IMG/VR virus record: IMGVR_UViG_3300029955_000001 | DNA length: 64,000 bases | Strand: one strand, 5' to 3' | From: a virus | Taxonomy: Duplodnaviria > Caudoviricetes | Part shown: positions 29,871-39,728 of the stretch, in pieces | How positions within the stretch are numbered: position 1 is the stretch's first letter | Layout of the letters: each line of letters starts with the position of its first letter | Translations under genes and position numbers: made by a program | The notes under the pieces: generated by a model | What the model saw: only the letters and a program-made list of their open reading frames with translations | Databases searched by the model: none | What the model was told of the DNA's origin: nothing

Positions 29871-30098
29871 TTATAACGGATTGCCGTGACGATCAACGTG
29901 TGCTTCAGCTGCGGCTCTTACGAGTCGTTTCTCTGCATTAGCAAAATGTTTATCGCAATGTTCTTTTCCGAAGTAATGAATGTTTGATGGTGTATTTGAA
30001 TACGCTTGAGCATTGCACCACATCTTTATTTCACCAGGAAAAGCAGCACGATTACGATCGATTGCTTCTTGCTGCTTTTGTTGTTTTGACTTTGGCAT
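29871..30098 (-). CDS. Hypothetical protein
   Basis: GGAG SD. Confidence 0.55.
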   Translation of the reverse strand: MPKSKQQKQQEAIDRNRAAFPGEIKMWCNAQAYSNTPSNIHYFGKEHCDKHFANAEKRLVRAAAEAHVDRHGNPL

Positions 30099-30101
30099 AA
30101 A

Positions 30102-30311
30102 TTACTCCAGTTGGTGAATTTCCTTAAACCATTCTGCTGAGTTGAACTCAACAAACTTCTTCTTGAAGTCACGGATATGGTCATCTGCTCTGCTTTCCAG
30201 ATAACCTTCCATGTGGTCAATATTACTCTTATCTTCAGGCTCAGCAATGACTGCTGATACTACTTTTTGGTTACCTGGAAGATGACGTAGTACAACGATG
30301 CATTGTTTCAT
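30102..30311 (-). CDS. Hypothetical protein
   Basis: AGGAG SD. Confidence 0.55.
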   Translation of the reverse strand: MKQCIVVLRHLPGNQKVVSAVIAEPEDKSNIDHMEGYLESRADDHIRDFKKKFVEFNSAEWFKEIHQLE

Positions 30312-30550
30312 GATAAACTCCTTTTCCTTTATGCGTAATACATACTGTCATCAACGATCTGTTGTTGCAATTCACTCAGTTCAACGAGTGTGATTTTTGT
30401 ATCGAGCGGGCGTTGTTTAACCGCGTCCATGCATAGACTTTTGATGTGCTTCTCTCTTAGCACGTTTTCAGCTTGTTTCACAGCTTGACCGACTGTGTAC
30501 TTCTTCTCGGTCTTTTTCAGAATGTGTATAACGCATGATGCTTCCTTTCC

Positions 30551-31201
30551 TTAATTAAAAGCGATAGCGATATCGAAGTATCCTTTCGATTTAAGCCGTG
30601 TATTTGGTGTACATGTCACAACGCAGTTGAGTTCCTTTTGAATTTTCTTCACAAGGTATTCATAGTGTTGCTGTAACATGCTGGCGCGTTCCTTGTCTTC
30701 TTTCATTACTTCGTGAACACCTTTCAGTAATTCTTGCAGATAGCGTCTTGCCCCAAAATAGGTATAGATCACTTTACTGCTGAACTGGTATTCACTATCC
30801 AACAACTGCCTGTTAATAATGTTGTCAGAAGCGTCACTCAGTTGGCCATAAGAGGCCCGTGGAATTTGATTGGTGTAGATCTTACCGTCATCTGTTGTGA
30901 AGATAAAACCGTCGTATTGAATCACGTCGTCATAGTCACCGGGGACTTTGTGATGCCCTGTACACGTCAGCTTAATAACGTCGAGCATCAGCAGCTTATC
31001 CGACCACGGGATAAACTTCGAATAAGCGCCGCCTTCGGATTTATTGCCGTTAGGGTACTGTATACTGTACCCAATTGCTGCGACTACATCGCCGACGTTG
31101 AAACGCATTCTTGCTGGTGCTGGTGTGCTGTTCAGCCCGACTGGACCTGGATCTTTACTAATTTCTTTTTCCAAATCAGCTACTTGTTGTTGTGCGTTCA
31201 T
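30551..31201 (-). CDS. Hypothetical protein
   Basis: AAGGAA SD, 216 aa. Confidence 0.65.
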   Translation of the reverse strand: MNAQQQVADLEKEISKDPGPVGLNSTPAPARMRFNVGDVVAAIGYSIQYPNGNKSEGGAYSKFIPWSDKLLMLDVIKLTCTGHHKVPGDYDDVIQYDGFIFTTDDGKIYTNQIPRASYGQLSDASDNIINRQLLDSEYQFSSKVIYTYFGARRYLQELLKGVHEVMKEDKERASMLQQHYEYLVKKIQKELNCVVTCTPNTRLKSKGYFDIAIAFN

Positions 31202-31420
31202 GATTTTTCCTTTGTGTTTGATGTGTTGTTATTACAAATACGACAGTGAAAATTCTTTTATTTTGTACTTCAACTTCGATAATTCTCCTATTTAATCTAT
31301 ATTAACTATAGAAATAAAATACATTCCATAACTAACTACTCTGTGAATTTGAGTAATTAGTTACAGGATATAAATTACTCAGCAGATTTTTCAGTTGGTC
31401 AGTTCACCAAACTCGGTCTA

Positions 31421-32134
31421 TTAAGAAGCGAAATGATCGCCGCCGTATACTTTACGTACATAGTTACCGTCGCGCGGATCGTCCTGTCCTTCTGGTACGA
31501 TAAGTGCGTTTGATGCCGATTGTGGAAGTCCCCGACGAATTTTTTCGCCTAGGACGTAAGCATCTTTATCAACAAAACCATTATCCTTCAGCCAGTTTGC
31601 ACAGTCGGGATAGTTAGAAATCTTATCCCAGTCATTACTGCAAATGGCTTTAGCGCCCTCGACATTATTGCGCTCAAGTTCACTGCATACTTGGCGAAGA
31701 CAAGGTACGCCGCGATCATCGTTGTGCTTTGCTTGCATCATAAACAGATCACGCAAGTCGCCTTTGTAGTTATAACTGACCGGTTTAAAGATCTCAGCCG
31801 TATAGGACCGAGACGCAATACATTCACCAAGAGATACTTTCTTGACAAAGAACATCGCTGATCCCTTAGGTTTACTACGATTAAGCGCTAAGGCACTTTG
31901 TAGTAACGGTTGCGGGTAAACGGTGCCGTCGCTAAGCTTTGATGGTTCTTCAGCTAACTCTTTATTCATCGTAGCAATGGCTTCTTCTTGCGTAGAAAAA
32001 TGTTTCGCTGAAATCCATCGTTTGCCCCAGTACGGATAGCCTGACGCACTATCGATGTCATAGAACTTCTCAACGGTTTCACCGTCGTTCAAAACACTGA
32101 TGACATAAAAGTCTTTGTTAGTTCTAGTGTTCAT
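31421..32134 (-). CDS. Hypothetical protein (C-terminal domain shared with 43293 ORF)
   Basis: RQVCSELERNNVEGAKAI...ANWLKDNG vs RDLGILLQNNKIEEAKVL...AEWVTKHG. Confidence 0.6.
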   Translation of the reverse strand: MNTRTNKDFYVISVLNDGETVEKFYDIDSASGYPYWGKRWISAKHFSTQEEAIATMNKELAEEPSKLSDGTVYPQPLLQSALALNRSKPKGSAMFFVKKVSLGECIASRSYTAEIFKPVSYNYKGDLRDLFMMQAKHNDDRGVPCLRQVCSELERNNVEGAKAICSNDWDKISNYPDCANWLKDNGFVDKDAYVLGEKIRRGLPQSASNALIVPEGQDDPRDGNYVRKVYGGDHFAS

Positions 32135-32149
32135 TTCTTGCTCCTTTGT

Positions 32150-32464
32150 TTATTTAACTACTCTTTTACCAATCCGAACCATATCTGAGAACAGGTTACC
32201 CATTTCGTTTACTACTTCACCAGCATGAGTAACTTGTTCTGTCTTATTCGGACCCTCAATTTGTTTCTTTAGTTCCATTAGCTTCCGTTTCGATTTGACT
32301 ACTACATAAATCAAACCAATAACCAATAAAAACTCAGGAGCTACAATGGCAATAAATACCAACATCAGAATCTTTGCCATTCCAAAGAAGCTCGTAAGTT
32401 TACAACTGTGAATAAGATCAATAAAGAATCCTACACAGCAGAAAAACACAATTACTTGTAGCAT
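32150..32464 (-). CDS. Membrane protein
   Basis: Hydrophobic N-terminal half. Confidence 0.6.
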   Translation of the reverse strand: MLQVIVFFCCVGFFIDLIHSCKLTSFFGMAKILMLVFIAIVAPEFLLVIGLIYVVVKSKRKLMELKKQIEGPNKTEQVTHAGEVVNEMGNLFSDMVRIGKRVVK

Positions 32465-32478
32465 GATATTTCTCCTTT

Positions 32479-32667
32479 TTATTTCTGGGACTGAAAAGTA
32501 GCGATAGCTGTTTCCATATCCTCAGGCGAAAACTGTTTATGACTCTTAAGTCTTTCTTCAGTTCTTTTGTAGAAAGACTCAACTTTAGGTTGATTATCTT
32601 CGATACGTATTTTAGTCCTAGAATTAAATGTTAACCCATGTTTACGAGGCAGTGCTATTAGTGCCAT
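32479..32667 (-). CDS. Hypothetical protein
   Basis: Start moved to MALIALPRK because the upstream ATGs overlap the promoter motif. Confidence 0.5.
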   Translation of the reverse strand: MALIALPRKHGLTFNSRTKIRIEDNQPKVESFYKRTEERLKSHKQFSPEDMETAIATFQSQK

Positions 32668-32728
32668 TTTATTATACCCTGATAAAGAATTGGTTAAATG
32701 TTTTTGCATTACCCATATCGTAGACATC

Positions 32729-32754
32729 ATATATGTCTGAAATATTCTGGAATA
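32729..32754 (-). promoter_or_regulatory. Putative early promoter, copy 3
   Basis: TATTCCAGAATATTTCAGACATATAT. Confidence 0.7.
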
Positions 32755-32760
32755 AGTAAT

Positions 32761-32813
32761 AAATACCCGCTCATATTACCTCGTGTTTTCGACGGTAATA
32801 TGAGCGGGTATTT
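32761..32813. terminator. Long hairpin terminator
   Basis: AAATACCCGCTCATATTACC...GGTAATATGAGCGGGTATTT 20-bp stem. Confidence 0.75.
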
Positions 32814-32978
32814 ATTATGTTTATTTAGCATGTTCTGTTATCTTAAAATTAAACATGTTGTACAGATAGAATAGCACTACTGCAATAGTAGCAAGAAATA
32901 CAGCTACAAACAATAGTATATAAATTATAGCCATGAAAAAAAATATTACAATAGCAGCTATTAAGTCAAATAGTTTCA

Positions 32979-33509
32979 TTATTGTCCCCCAATGTCTTCG
33001 GATCTTACTAAATACGGACTGTTACTATCTAACCAGCCTTTAAGCTCATACGGCAACAGTCCTTCTGGCGTGTATGCCCTTATTGTTTTGAATTTGTCAT
33101 ATAACGCAATACCAAGTTGCATAGTGTGTTTTGCGAGTATATCCCCATCATTAGAATTACCTTCTCTAGTGTGAATTCTTTTTATATCACCGCACAACGC
33201 CGGTATACCATACGGAACAGCATCGTTAATATCTGCAATATATAATAGTATTTCGTTTATAGTCTCGGTTGCATCTAATTCAAAATCTTTTGCTTGCTCT
33301 ACACCATCCCAAAATTGTTTTAATTCTTTCTTTAAGTCCAAGACAACTACATCTGGGTATTTATCTAGATTAGCTATTCCTGCTGCCCTGTGACGATTAA
33401 TAATTGTTGAAACATGATGATTTACCGGAAGATAGTAATCATCAATATTAGTCTCGCAAAACGCATTTGGATCGTTCTCCATCATTGCTAATGTTTGTTC
33501 TAAGCTCAT
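32979..33509 (-). CDS. Hypothetical protein, paralog family
   Basis: LGIALYDKFKTIRAYTPEGLLPY. Confidence 0.6.
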   Translation of the reverse strand: MSLEQTLAMMENDPNAFCETNIDDYYLPVNHHVSTIINRHRAAGIANLDKYPDVVVLDLKKELKQFWDGVEQAKDFELDATETINEILLYIADINDAVPYGIPALCGDIKRIHTREGNSNDGDILAKHTMQLGIALYDKFKTIRAYTPEGLLPYELKGWLDSNSPYLVRSEDIGGQ

Positions 33510-33662
33510 TTTTCATTCCTCTTCAGAACATTACCCTACTCAATATTTTATTAAACTATTCTTATTGTGATATTAAGAAATAAATTAGAAAAGGTATAGT
33601 CGTGAAGAAAATGAATATTGCGATTAAAGTTATAAAAATAATTTTTCTCATTATATTTTCAT

Positions 33663-33848
33663 TTAACGTGGTTCACTAACCTGATGGATAATATCTAAAC
33701 TTTTGCGCCCATATAAATCTAAAGATACGATCTTTTTTGTTGATTGTATACTTTCTAATGCTCGTTGATCTTCTGATCTAAGCTTAGTTTTAGATTGTTT
33801 TAAAATAGCTTTACGTTTAGCAATAAATGCTGGTTGTAAGTGAGACAT
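33663..33848 (-). CDS. Hypothetical protein
   Basis: AGGAG SD. Confidence 0.5.
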   Translation of the reverse strand: MSHLQPAFIAKRKAILKQSKTKLRSEDQRALESIQSTKKIVSLDLYGRKSLDIIHQVSEPR

Positions 33849-33850
33849 CT

Positions 33851-34234
33851 TTATTCTCCTACAAGCTCACCAGTGTTCGCATTTACCTGCACAGCCTTAT
33901 CGTCATATAACTTGATCATGCCTTGGTCTTTTATATTGGTTATTTCGAACAATTGCCCGAAATGTTTACCACACCAATCTTGAATGAACTCTTCAGTTAA
34001 TTCTTTTTCATCGACATCATCAATTGCTACACGAGCAGTGAAGATCTTACAAATATCTCCTTTTGCTAAATGCTCTTTTAAAATCTTTACCATTTTTGGA
34101 ATAGGTTCGCCAATATGTTCGATACCTTTCCACACATCGTAGAAAGCTAGCGTTCCATCAAGGTCGAATCCTACCCATTGTTCTGGTATCTTTTTGTTAT
34201 CCTCTAATGCCCAACTCACATATGCTGGTTTCAT
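33851..34234 (-). CDS. HAD-superfamily phosphatase (PNKP phosphatase-like)
   Basis: GFDLDGTLA motif I, IFTAR motif II, KLYDDKAV motif IV. Confidence 0.8.
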   Translation of the reverse strand: MKPAYVSWALEDNKKIPEQWVGFDLDGTLAFYDVWKGIEHIGEPIPKMVKILKEHLAKGDICKIFTARVAIDDVDEKELTEEFIQDWCGKHFGQLFEITNIKDQGMIKLYDDKAVQVNANTGELVGE

Positions 34235-34243
34235 ATTGTTTCC

Positions 34244-34588
34244 CTAGTTTGTTATTTGCCCATTTCTGATAAACTGATGCCACATACATCCAGCTGTCAA
34301 TGCGATAGAATCCGACCCACCATCGCCAGTTAGCGTCAGGTCGTGATAACCAGTGCCGTGTAGTAGCCACCTACCAGGTCCTGGTTTAGCGTGGTCTGGG
34401 ACGCCTCTAGTCTTACTCCAACAAACAATCAGATGAGTTCCTACTTTACCTTTGTTTGCTTCAAAACACTTAGGGCAAAGAAATCGTATTCCATTGGCTT
34501 GTTCAATCGTATCTACACGGACACTATAAACACCATCTGGTCGTTCTTCGTATCGTAAAAACTGTGGTTCTAATTCTAGTAATAGCAT
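34244..34588 (-). CDS. Small Cys/His zinc-binding protein (DUF6527-like)
   Basis: FLCPKC...H...GCMWHQFIRNG. Confidence 0.55.
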   Translation of the reverse strand: MLLLELEPQFLRYEERPDGVYSVRVDTIEQANGIRFLCPKCFEANKGKVGTHLIVCWSKTRGVPDHAKPGPGRWLLHGTGYHDLTLTGDGGSDSIALTAGCMWHQFIRNGQITN

Positions 34589-34629
34589 GGGTTACTCTTT
34601 CGTTGGTTCACACATACTATTTTTAATAT

Positions 34630-35094
34630 CTAGAATAAGTAATCAGATTTTTTAGTTAATTTATAACGTAAAGCTAAAGCATCCCAGAAAGCAACATGTT
34701 GTATAGCATCTTTTAAATCATTTGGATAACTATCTACCCGTCTTACTTCAAACGTCATGCGTGGTATATTTATCATAGTGCCAGGACCTGTGATGAAGAA
34801 CTCGCATAGATATTTAATGTCATCAGGCCAGTCAGCAATGAAGTTTGGAAGTAGGTCTCCTGATAGAAACTCTTCTACTAATTTTTGTGCATGTTCTAGT
34901 ATTGATATATGGTACGTTGGGGCTTCTTTAATAAACGGAATAACATTTTTCTCTACCCAAGGGTCTAGATTTAAATCTCGGTATTTGCCTCTAATAATAA
35001 TGTAAATAGATTTTCCATCCTCACGTACTAAAGCTAAACTAATCAATTCTCCACCAAGACCGTTAAACTCGGTGTCAATATAATACGAACTCAT
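34630..35094 (-). CDS. DEDDh 3'-5' exonuclease (RNase AS-like)
   Basis: YIDTEFNG...ISLALV, ADWPDD, HVAFWDA. Confidence 0.75.
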   Translation of the reverse strand: MSSYYIDTEFNGLGGELISLALVREDGKSIYIIIRGKYRDLNLDPWVEKNVIPFIKEAPTYHISILEHAQKLVEEFLSGDLLPNFIADWPDDIKYLCEFFITGPGTMINIPRMTFEVRRVDSYPNDLKDAIQHVAFWDALALRYKLTKKSDYLF

Positions 35095-35519
35095 GCTATT
35101 TCCTTTAAAGTGTCAATTTTTAAATAAGTATCTAAAACGGGTTTTCCATCATCGTAGTGTTCTTCATATACTGAATAATTCAAACATCCATCTCCGTCAT
35201 AGATTTTTAATTCATCTATTTTTTTCTTAATCCTCATTCCTAATTCTAAAACACATTCTGCTTCTTTTAAACATTTATCCATGTATTGTTCAACATCAGC
35301 GTCCGTCGTAAAAACATCATCAGAACCATCAACATCGAATTCAAGTTGAGCAGCGTATTCACGTAATTCATAATCAGCCATATGTTTATACTGAATACAA
35401 TTTACAATAGCGTGCAATGTCTCTAATGTTAGGACGTCAATAGCACAATCAGCTGGCATTTGTCTTTTGAATTCTTTTACTATTTCTCGTGTATCCAGTA
35501 CAATTATATCTGGCAACAT
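35091..35519 (-). CDS. Hypothetical protein, paralog family
   Basis: LGMRIKKKIDELKIYDGDGCLNY. Confidence 0.6.
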   Translation of the reverse strand: MLPDIIVLDTREIVKEFKRQMPADCAIDVLTLETLHAIVNCIQYKHMADYELREYAAQLEFDVDGSDDVFTTDADVEQYMDKCLKEAECVLELGMRIKKKIDELKIYDGDGCLNYSVYEEHYDDGKPVLDTYLKIDTLKEIA

Positions 35520-35626
35520 GATCGTCCTTTAGTTGTAACGTACGTTCTAAAATATAGAGCGAATTGGTATTTTTTGTAGCTACGCGGCATAGAGTCATTG
35601 CTCTTTACTGAGCAATGACCCATTGT

Positions 35627-36238
35627 TTAAAGTGATGTTATTAAAGATAAAGATTTCTCAACAAACTCTATATCTTCCAATTGTTTCTGTTTATCTGTAA
35701 GTGTGCAACCAGTTGTATCTATTTCTTTCAAACGAACCATGTCTTTCGATAACTCTTGAAACTCACTCTTTGTGATATCGTTATCTCCATAGCTCTTTAA
35801 AAACATATCGTATCGAGTTTTAATCGAAGCGCTACACATGCTGTGCTGATCTGTTTCGCCTAATGTTCGTTCTATAATTCTTGCACTAGCCTGTATATTG
35901 CTGAGTTTATGAATACAGTAAATGGGAGTATACTTTCCTCTAATTAAAACATCATTAACCATTGCTTGCAAATTAAACGCCATTTGCTTTAACGCTAATG
36001 AATCACTCCTATTGCTTTCGTATTCTACAAACAACATCGTATCTAAATTAGCTTGTTGTACATAAGTACTGTAATTTATTTGTTTATCTACATCATTGCA
36101 TAAATGAATAGCACGAGTAGTAGAAACTGTTACTTTGTTAATAAGTTCGTATTCGACATTATCAAACTGCTTAGGACCGTTTAGATACGAACATCCACAG
36201 ATAAGAATACAAAATAAAAAACTTGTAAATATTCGCAT
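35627..36238 (-). CDS. Putative lipoprotein
   Basis: Hydrophobic signal ending ICGC lipobox. Confidence 0.6.
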   Translation of the reverse strand: MRIFTSFLFCILICGCSYLNGPKQFDNVEYELINKVTVSTTRAIHLCNDVDKQINYSTYVQQANLDTMLFVEYESNRSDSLALKQMAFNLQAMVNDVLIRGKYTPIYCIHKLSNIQASARIIERTLGETDQHSMCSASIKTRYDMFLKSYGDNDITKSEFQELSKDMVRLKEIDTTGCTLTDKQKQLEDIEFVEKSLSLITSL

Positions 36239-36250
36239 TGTTTTATTCCC

Positions 36251-37234
36251 TTATGATAATTCAACTTCATCGGTCATTATCAATTGATCGATGCCTTTAA
36301 TGAAGTTATCAGCAGTTAATGAATTGTAGACGCATTCCATTGTAGTCTTATGACATTCATTGAAATTTATATCGTAACGATGCCAGTCGGATGCGCAGAA
36401 ACGACAGTTATTTCTTGGCGGTGCAAATGCTTTGAAATTCCAACCTGTTCTATTGTGACGAACGGGGATACGTAGTTCCGGTGCAACAGTGGTGTACCCA
36501 CAAACTATCTTAACATCAGTACATGCTGCTAGATGAATGAGTCCTGTGTCAGCACCTACCACGACCTCTGCGCCAGCCATAATACAAGCGGCTTCCATCA
36601 GTGAAGTTTTCCCTACTAAATCAATAGTTCCACTACGTCCTTCTGGCGACACACCTTTACGATTCATGTTATTGTAAGTGTCGTGAATCTCCGTATTCTT
36701 ACCCAAGAACACTGGGTTAATCCCGCGACGCAATAGCATGTCTGCTATCTTATACGATTCATCAAATGGAATACTTCTATTTGGATTTAGATTAGTTACT
36801 AAAATACAAGCATAAGGTTCTGGTAATTCAAATTTATCAATGTTAATGTGATTCAAAACTGGAGTTGGATAATTCTTATCTTTCTCTTGTAATACCATCC
36901 CAAGGAACTTAATAGAATTATAATCTACTAACGACATTCTCATTGGAGAAATAATTGCAGATGGATGTAATGTGTTGGGTATCTTATCATACTGACGAAT
37001 GATAACTGTATCTGGTGTCACTATTTGATTTTCTACACCTATGTAGAAAAAACAATCTTCGGGAAGAAAATAAAAAAGATCTCGCAATTCTCGCGGTATC
37101 ATAACTTTCATCATATTACCAAAAATGTTTTCATACGCGTACTTCATTGCAGGGATAGCACTAATCGTATCACCTATTGCGCCTGCTCCAAGGACAAAAA
37201 GGTGTGGAGCATGCATTTTAGTATTATCGTTCAT
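36251..37234 (-). CDS. Glycosyltransferase family 9 (heptosyltransferase-like)
   Basis: GAIGDTI...P; IDLVGKTSLME...VVGADTGLIHLAA. Confidence 0.8.
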   Translation of the reverse strand: MNDNTKMHAPHLFVLGAGAIGDTISAIPAMKYAYENIFGNMMKVMIPRELRDLFYFLPEDCFFYIGVENQIVTPDTVIIRQYDKIPNTLHPSAIISPMRMSLVDYNSIKFLGMVLQEKDKNYPTPVLNHINIDKFELPEPYACILVTNLNPNRSIPFDESYKIADMLLRRGINPVFLGKNTEIHDTYNNMNRKGVSPEGRSGTIDLVGKTSLMEAACIMAGAEVVVGADTGLIHLAACTDVKIVCGYTTVAPELRIPVRHNRTGWNFKAFAPPRNNCRFCASDWHRYDINFNECHKTTMECVYNSLTADNFIKGIDQLIMTDEVELS

Positions 37235-37418
37235 TATAAAAACCTTTGTTATTTGATTAGTTTAGACACCATCTATTCACTTAGCTTTTGGGTGGCTGTG
37301 CTCTATACCTATAGAGTGAATATGTGCCCAACACATGTTAAAATATTCTGCATGGTACAATATAGTAACAAGGCTAAGGTAATGATGTCTAAACTAATCT
37401 TTAATTAAAATATTTCAG

Positions 37419-37625
37419 TTATCTTTTTCCTAGTTCAGCTAATTCTTCAGGAGTAAGTGGTGACTGAGGAACGTCAGCACAGATTTTACAAACTACACGA
37501 CGTTTATGCCCAATAAACAAACTCATGCAACGACAACAACGATTTTCGTAGTTACCATTTTCATAGCTAAAATCTTCTACCCAGTCTCGTTCAGAGCATT
37601 CAGAGGAATACACGCTCATAATCAC
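37419..37625 (-). CDS. Small zinc-finger protein
   Basis: ENGNYENRCCRC...FIGHKRRVVCKIC. Confidence 0.6.
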   Translation of the reverse strand: MIMSVYSSECSERDWVEDFSYENGNYENRCCRCMSLFIGHKRRVVCKICADVPQSPLTPEELAELGKR

Positions 37626-37629
37626 TCCT

Positions 37630-38448
37630 TTATTGTGTTTGCGCTGTAATATCGTAATGTGAGATTAATAATTCAACATTACCCGAACCGTATATCTCAG
37701 AGCCGACATACACACCAATAATCTGTAATGAGTCTGCAAGGGCAGGTGTCATGCCGGGAGATTCCAATAATCTTGCGCGTACATCAAACACTAACGGCGA
37801 GCTAATGCCAGTCGGTTTGAAATAAACGATATTGACTAAGCCATCCGATCGATCACTATAACAGCGATCAAAGATCGAACTGGCACATAAATTAAACCCG
37901 CCTTGTAATTCTTGTTCAACGAAAAACGGACTACCAGTAACTGATTGCATACTAACACCTGTTACTACGCGAGCGCGTGCTCCAGCGAAAGTCAGGATTG
38001 TGTAAGACAAATTAACAACTGGATGTTGACGTATAAATACTTGTCCAACCACACCACCATTAAGGAATGAACCGTTATATAGATTGTTAGCGGGCGGTGT
38101 AGTGATAATTAATAAACCATTTTGTGTATTGCTATCTGTCCACCATGGAACAGTATTCTGTAAACCATTCGCATCCTGATCCCATGAGTACGGGCCAAAT
38201 TGTGGCGTTTCTATTGTCCCGTGAACAACCCATTTTCCTACATTAGTCTGCCCTGTAGGAAGTAACCAATTTGCATCTGCATATACAAATTGATCGCCAA
38301 TATGCACAAGCGATACATCCGTAGTTGACGTGGTTGTGTTTATAGTCGTTGTTGTTATAGGGGCTATAGTTTGTGAGGTATTACCGCTACCGCATCCATA
38401 AAGAATAAAGCCTAAAAAAATAACTCTAATGCATCGTAAAATAAGCAT
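37630..38448 (-). CDS. Putative lipoprotein
   Basis: LYGC lipobox, Thr-rich linker, beta-rich domain. Confidence 0.6.
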   Translation of the reverse strand: MLILRCIRVIFLGFILYGCGSGNTSQTIAPITTTTINTTTSTTDVSLVHIGDQFVYADANWLLPTGQTNVGKWVVHGTIETPQFGPYSWDQDANGLQNTVPWWTDSNTQNGLLIITTPPANNLYNGSFLNGGVVGQVFIRQHPVVNLSYTILTFAGARARVVTGVSMQSVTGSPFFVEQELQGGFNLCASSIFDRCYSDRSDGLVNIVYFKPTGISSPLVFDVRARLLESPGMTPALADSLQIIGVYVGSEIYGSGNVELLISHYDITAQTQ

Positions 38449-38704
38449 GGTGCTTTTCCTTTAAACTACGCGGCTACTTTCCCCGCCGTTCTAGAATGTA
38501 TTAGTCATTCTCCCACTGCACGCTTGCCAATTGATAACACAGCCGCTTGTGGTCCATCGTGTGCTCATCTACGCTATAAACTTTCTTCTTGTTTACGCTC
38601 GGTGTGGCTACCGTTTGCAGGCTATACTTGCTGCAACTCAAGTTAAAACTTACGTCCAATACAACAATGGCATTTTAGCTTCAAGAATGACGACAAAATT
38701 CTCA

Positions 38705-39103
38705 TCACGCATGAAACAATGCAATTTCTTCAGGAGTTGGTGGTATCCCAAGGATATTATTATTGATTGTATATGTTGGTGCGCTCTTAACATTATTAGG
38801 AAGTAATGGATTTGTTTCTTCTTCAAGCAATGCAACGTTAGCTTTGATTATTTCTACAGAAGCGTTTTCCATTATCTTCCTAATTTTCTGTGCTTCACTG
38901 TTATCCACACTCACAACAATCGAAGTGCCGCCTATGGGGTGTGTTGTGCACTGTTCTTGAAAAGTATGTTCTTTCAGAGCTGATGTATAAAACTCTAACC
39001 GACGTTTCTTTTCGGCAAGTATATCTTCTTCTTTTGAATTTCGTTCTTTAGCGAAGGCAACACGTTCTTCAAATGTCTTGCCTTTTTGTTTAGCTGCACC
39101 CAT
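38705..39103 (-). CDS. Hypothetical protein
   Basis: AGGAG SD before MGAAKQKG. Confidence 0.6.
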   Translation of the reverse strand: MGAAKQKGKTFEERVAFAKERNSKEEDILAEKKRRLEFYTSALKEHTFQEQCTTHPIGGTSIVVSVDNSEAQKIRKIMENASVEIIKANVALLEEETNPLLPNNVKSAPTYTINNNILGIPPTPEEIALFHA

Positions 39104-39117
39104 TTTTATTTCTCCTT

Positions 39118-39378
39118 TTAATGAACAGAAGAAGAAGAAGACATTCCAAATTGTTCTTGACATTGAATATCTTGAGCGCACGCCCCAATATAATTATGGA
39201 GTTGTAATTCGGTTTCACCTGTAACTGCGCTAATTGCTTTATAGAGTTCTTCACGCTCTTGTGCTGTATCTGCGGTCCTAGTAACACGACCAACACAATT
39301 TTGATATACCAATCTAACTAAAACAGTCTTCGATGTTTTGATTAACTTTTCCACTAAAACTTCATTCATATTTAGCAT
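39118..39378 (-). CDS. Hypothetical protein (true start probably 39403, shifted at a G-run)
   Basis: AAGGAG+ATG at 39403 is out of frame by one G. Confidence 0.45.
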   Translation of the reverse strand: MLNMNEVLVEKLIKTSKTVLVRLVYQNCVGRVTRTADTAQEREELYKAISAVTGETELQLHNYIGACAQDIQCQEQFGMSSSSSVH

Positions 39379-39383
39379 TGGTG

Positions 39384-39695
39384 CTACTTTATTTGTCCCC
39401 CATGTTGTTTCTCCTTAGATTGGTTGTTATGCAGTTGCATCCACTCATTAACGTAATAGACACGTAAAGGTTCAATTAACTTTTCAAAATCAGCGCCTTG
39501 AGTTGTGTTCTTAGCTGTTGCCGATTTATGATGTTTCATAATTGGAGCTAAGGCTTCTTTTACGTAGTTTGATAGTTTCAGAACGTCACTAGCGGTTAGT
39601 GGTTTCGGTTTATGTGTTACGTTAGAATATGTTGGCAACATCATGACTCCATTTATTACTATAATCAGTAAACAAGTTATTTTCGACTGGGACAT
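39384..39695 (-). CDS. Hypothetical protein with signal-like N-terminus
   Basis: Co-directional ORF. Confidence 0.5.
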   Translation of the reverse strand: MSQSKITCLLIIVINGVMMLPTYSNVTHKPKPLTASDVLKLSNYVKEALAPIMKHHKSATAKNTTQGADFEKLIEPLRVYYVNEWMQLHNNQSKEKQHGGQIK

Positions 39696-39728
39696 TAATT
39701 ACATCCCAGTCCTTTAAGAAATGTTCTT

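Noticed and set aside
30320-32140. Horizontally acquired GC-richer cassette
   Set aside because: Visibly less AT-rich, but no boundaries, repeats or recognisable function; capsid and ro60 genes show similar shifts.
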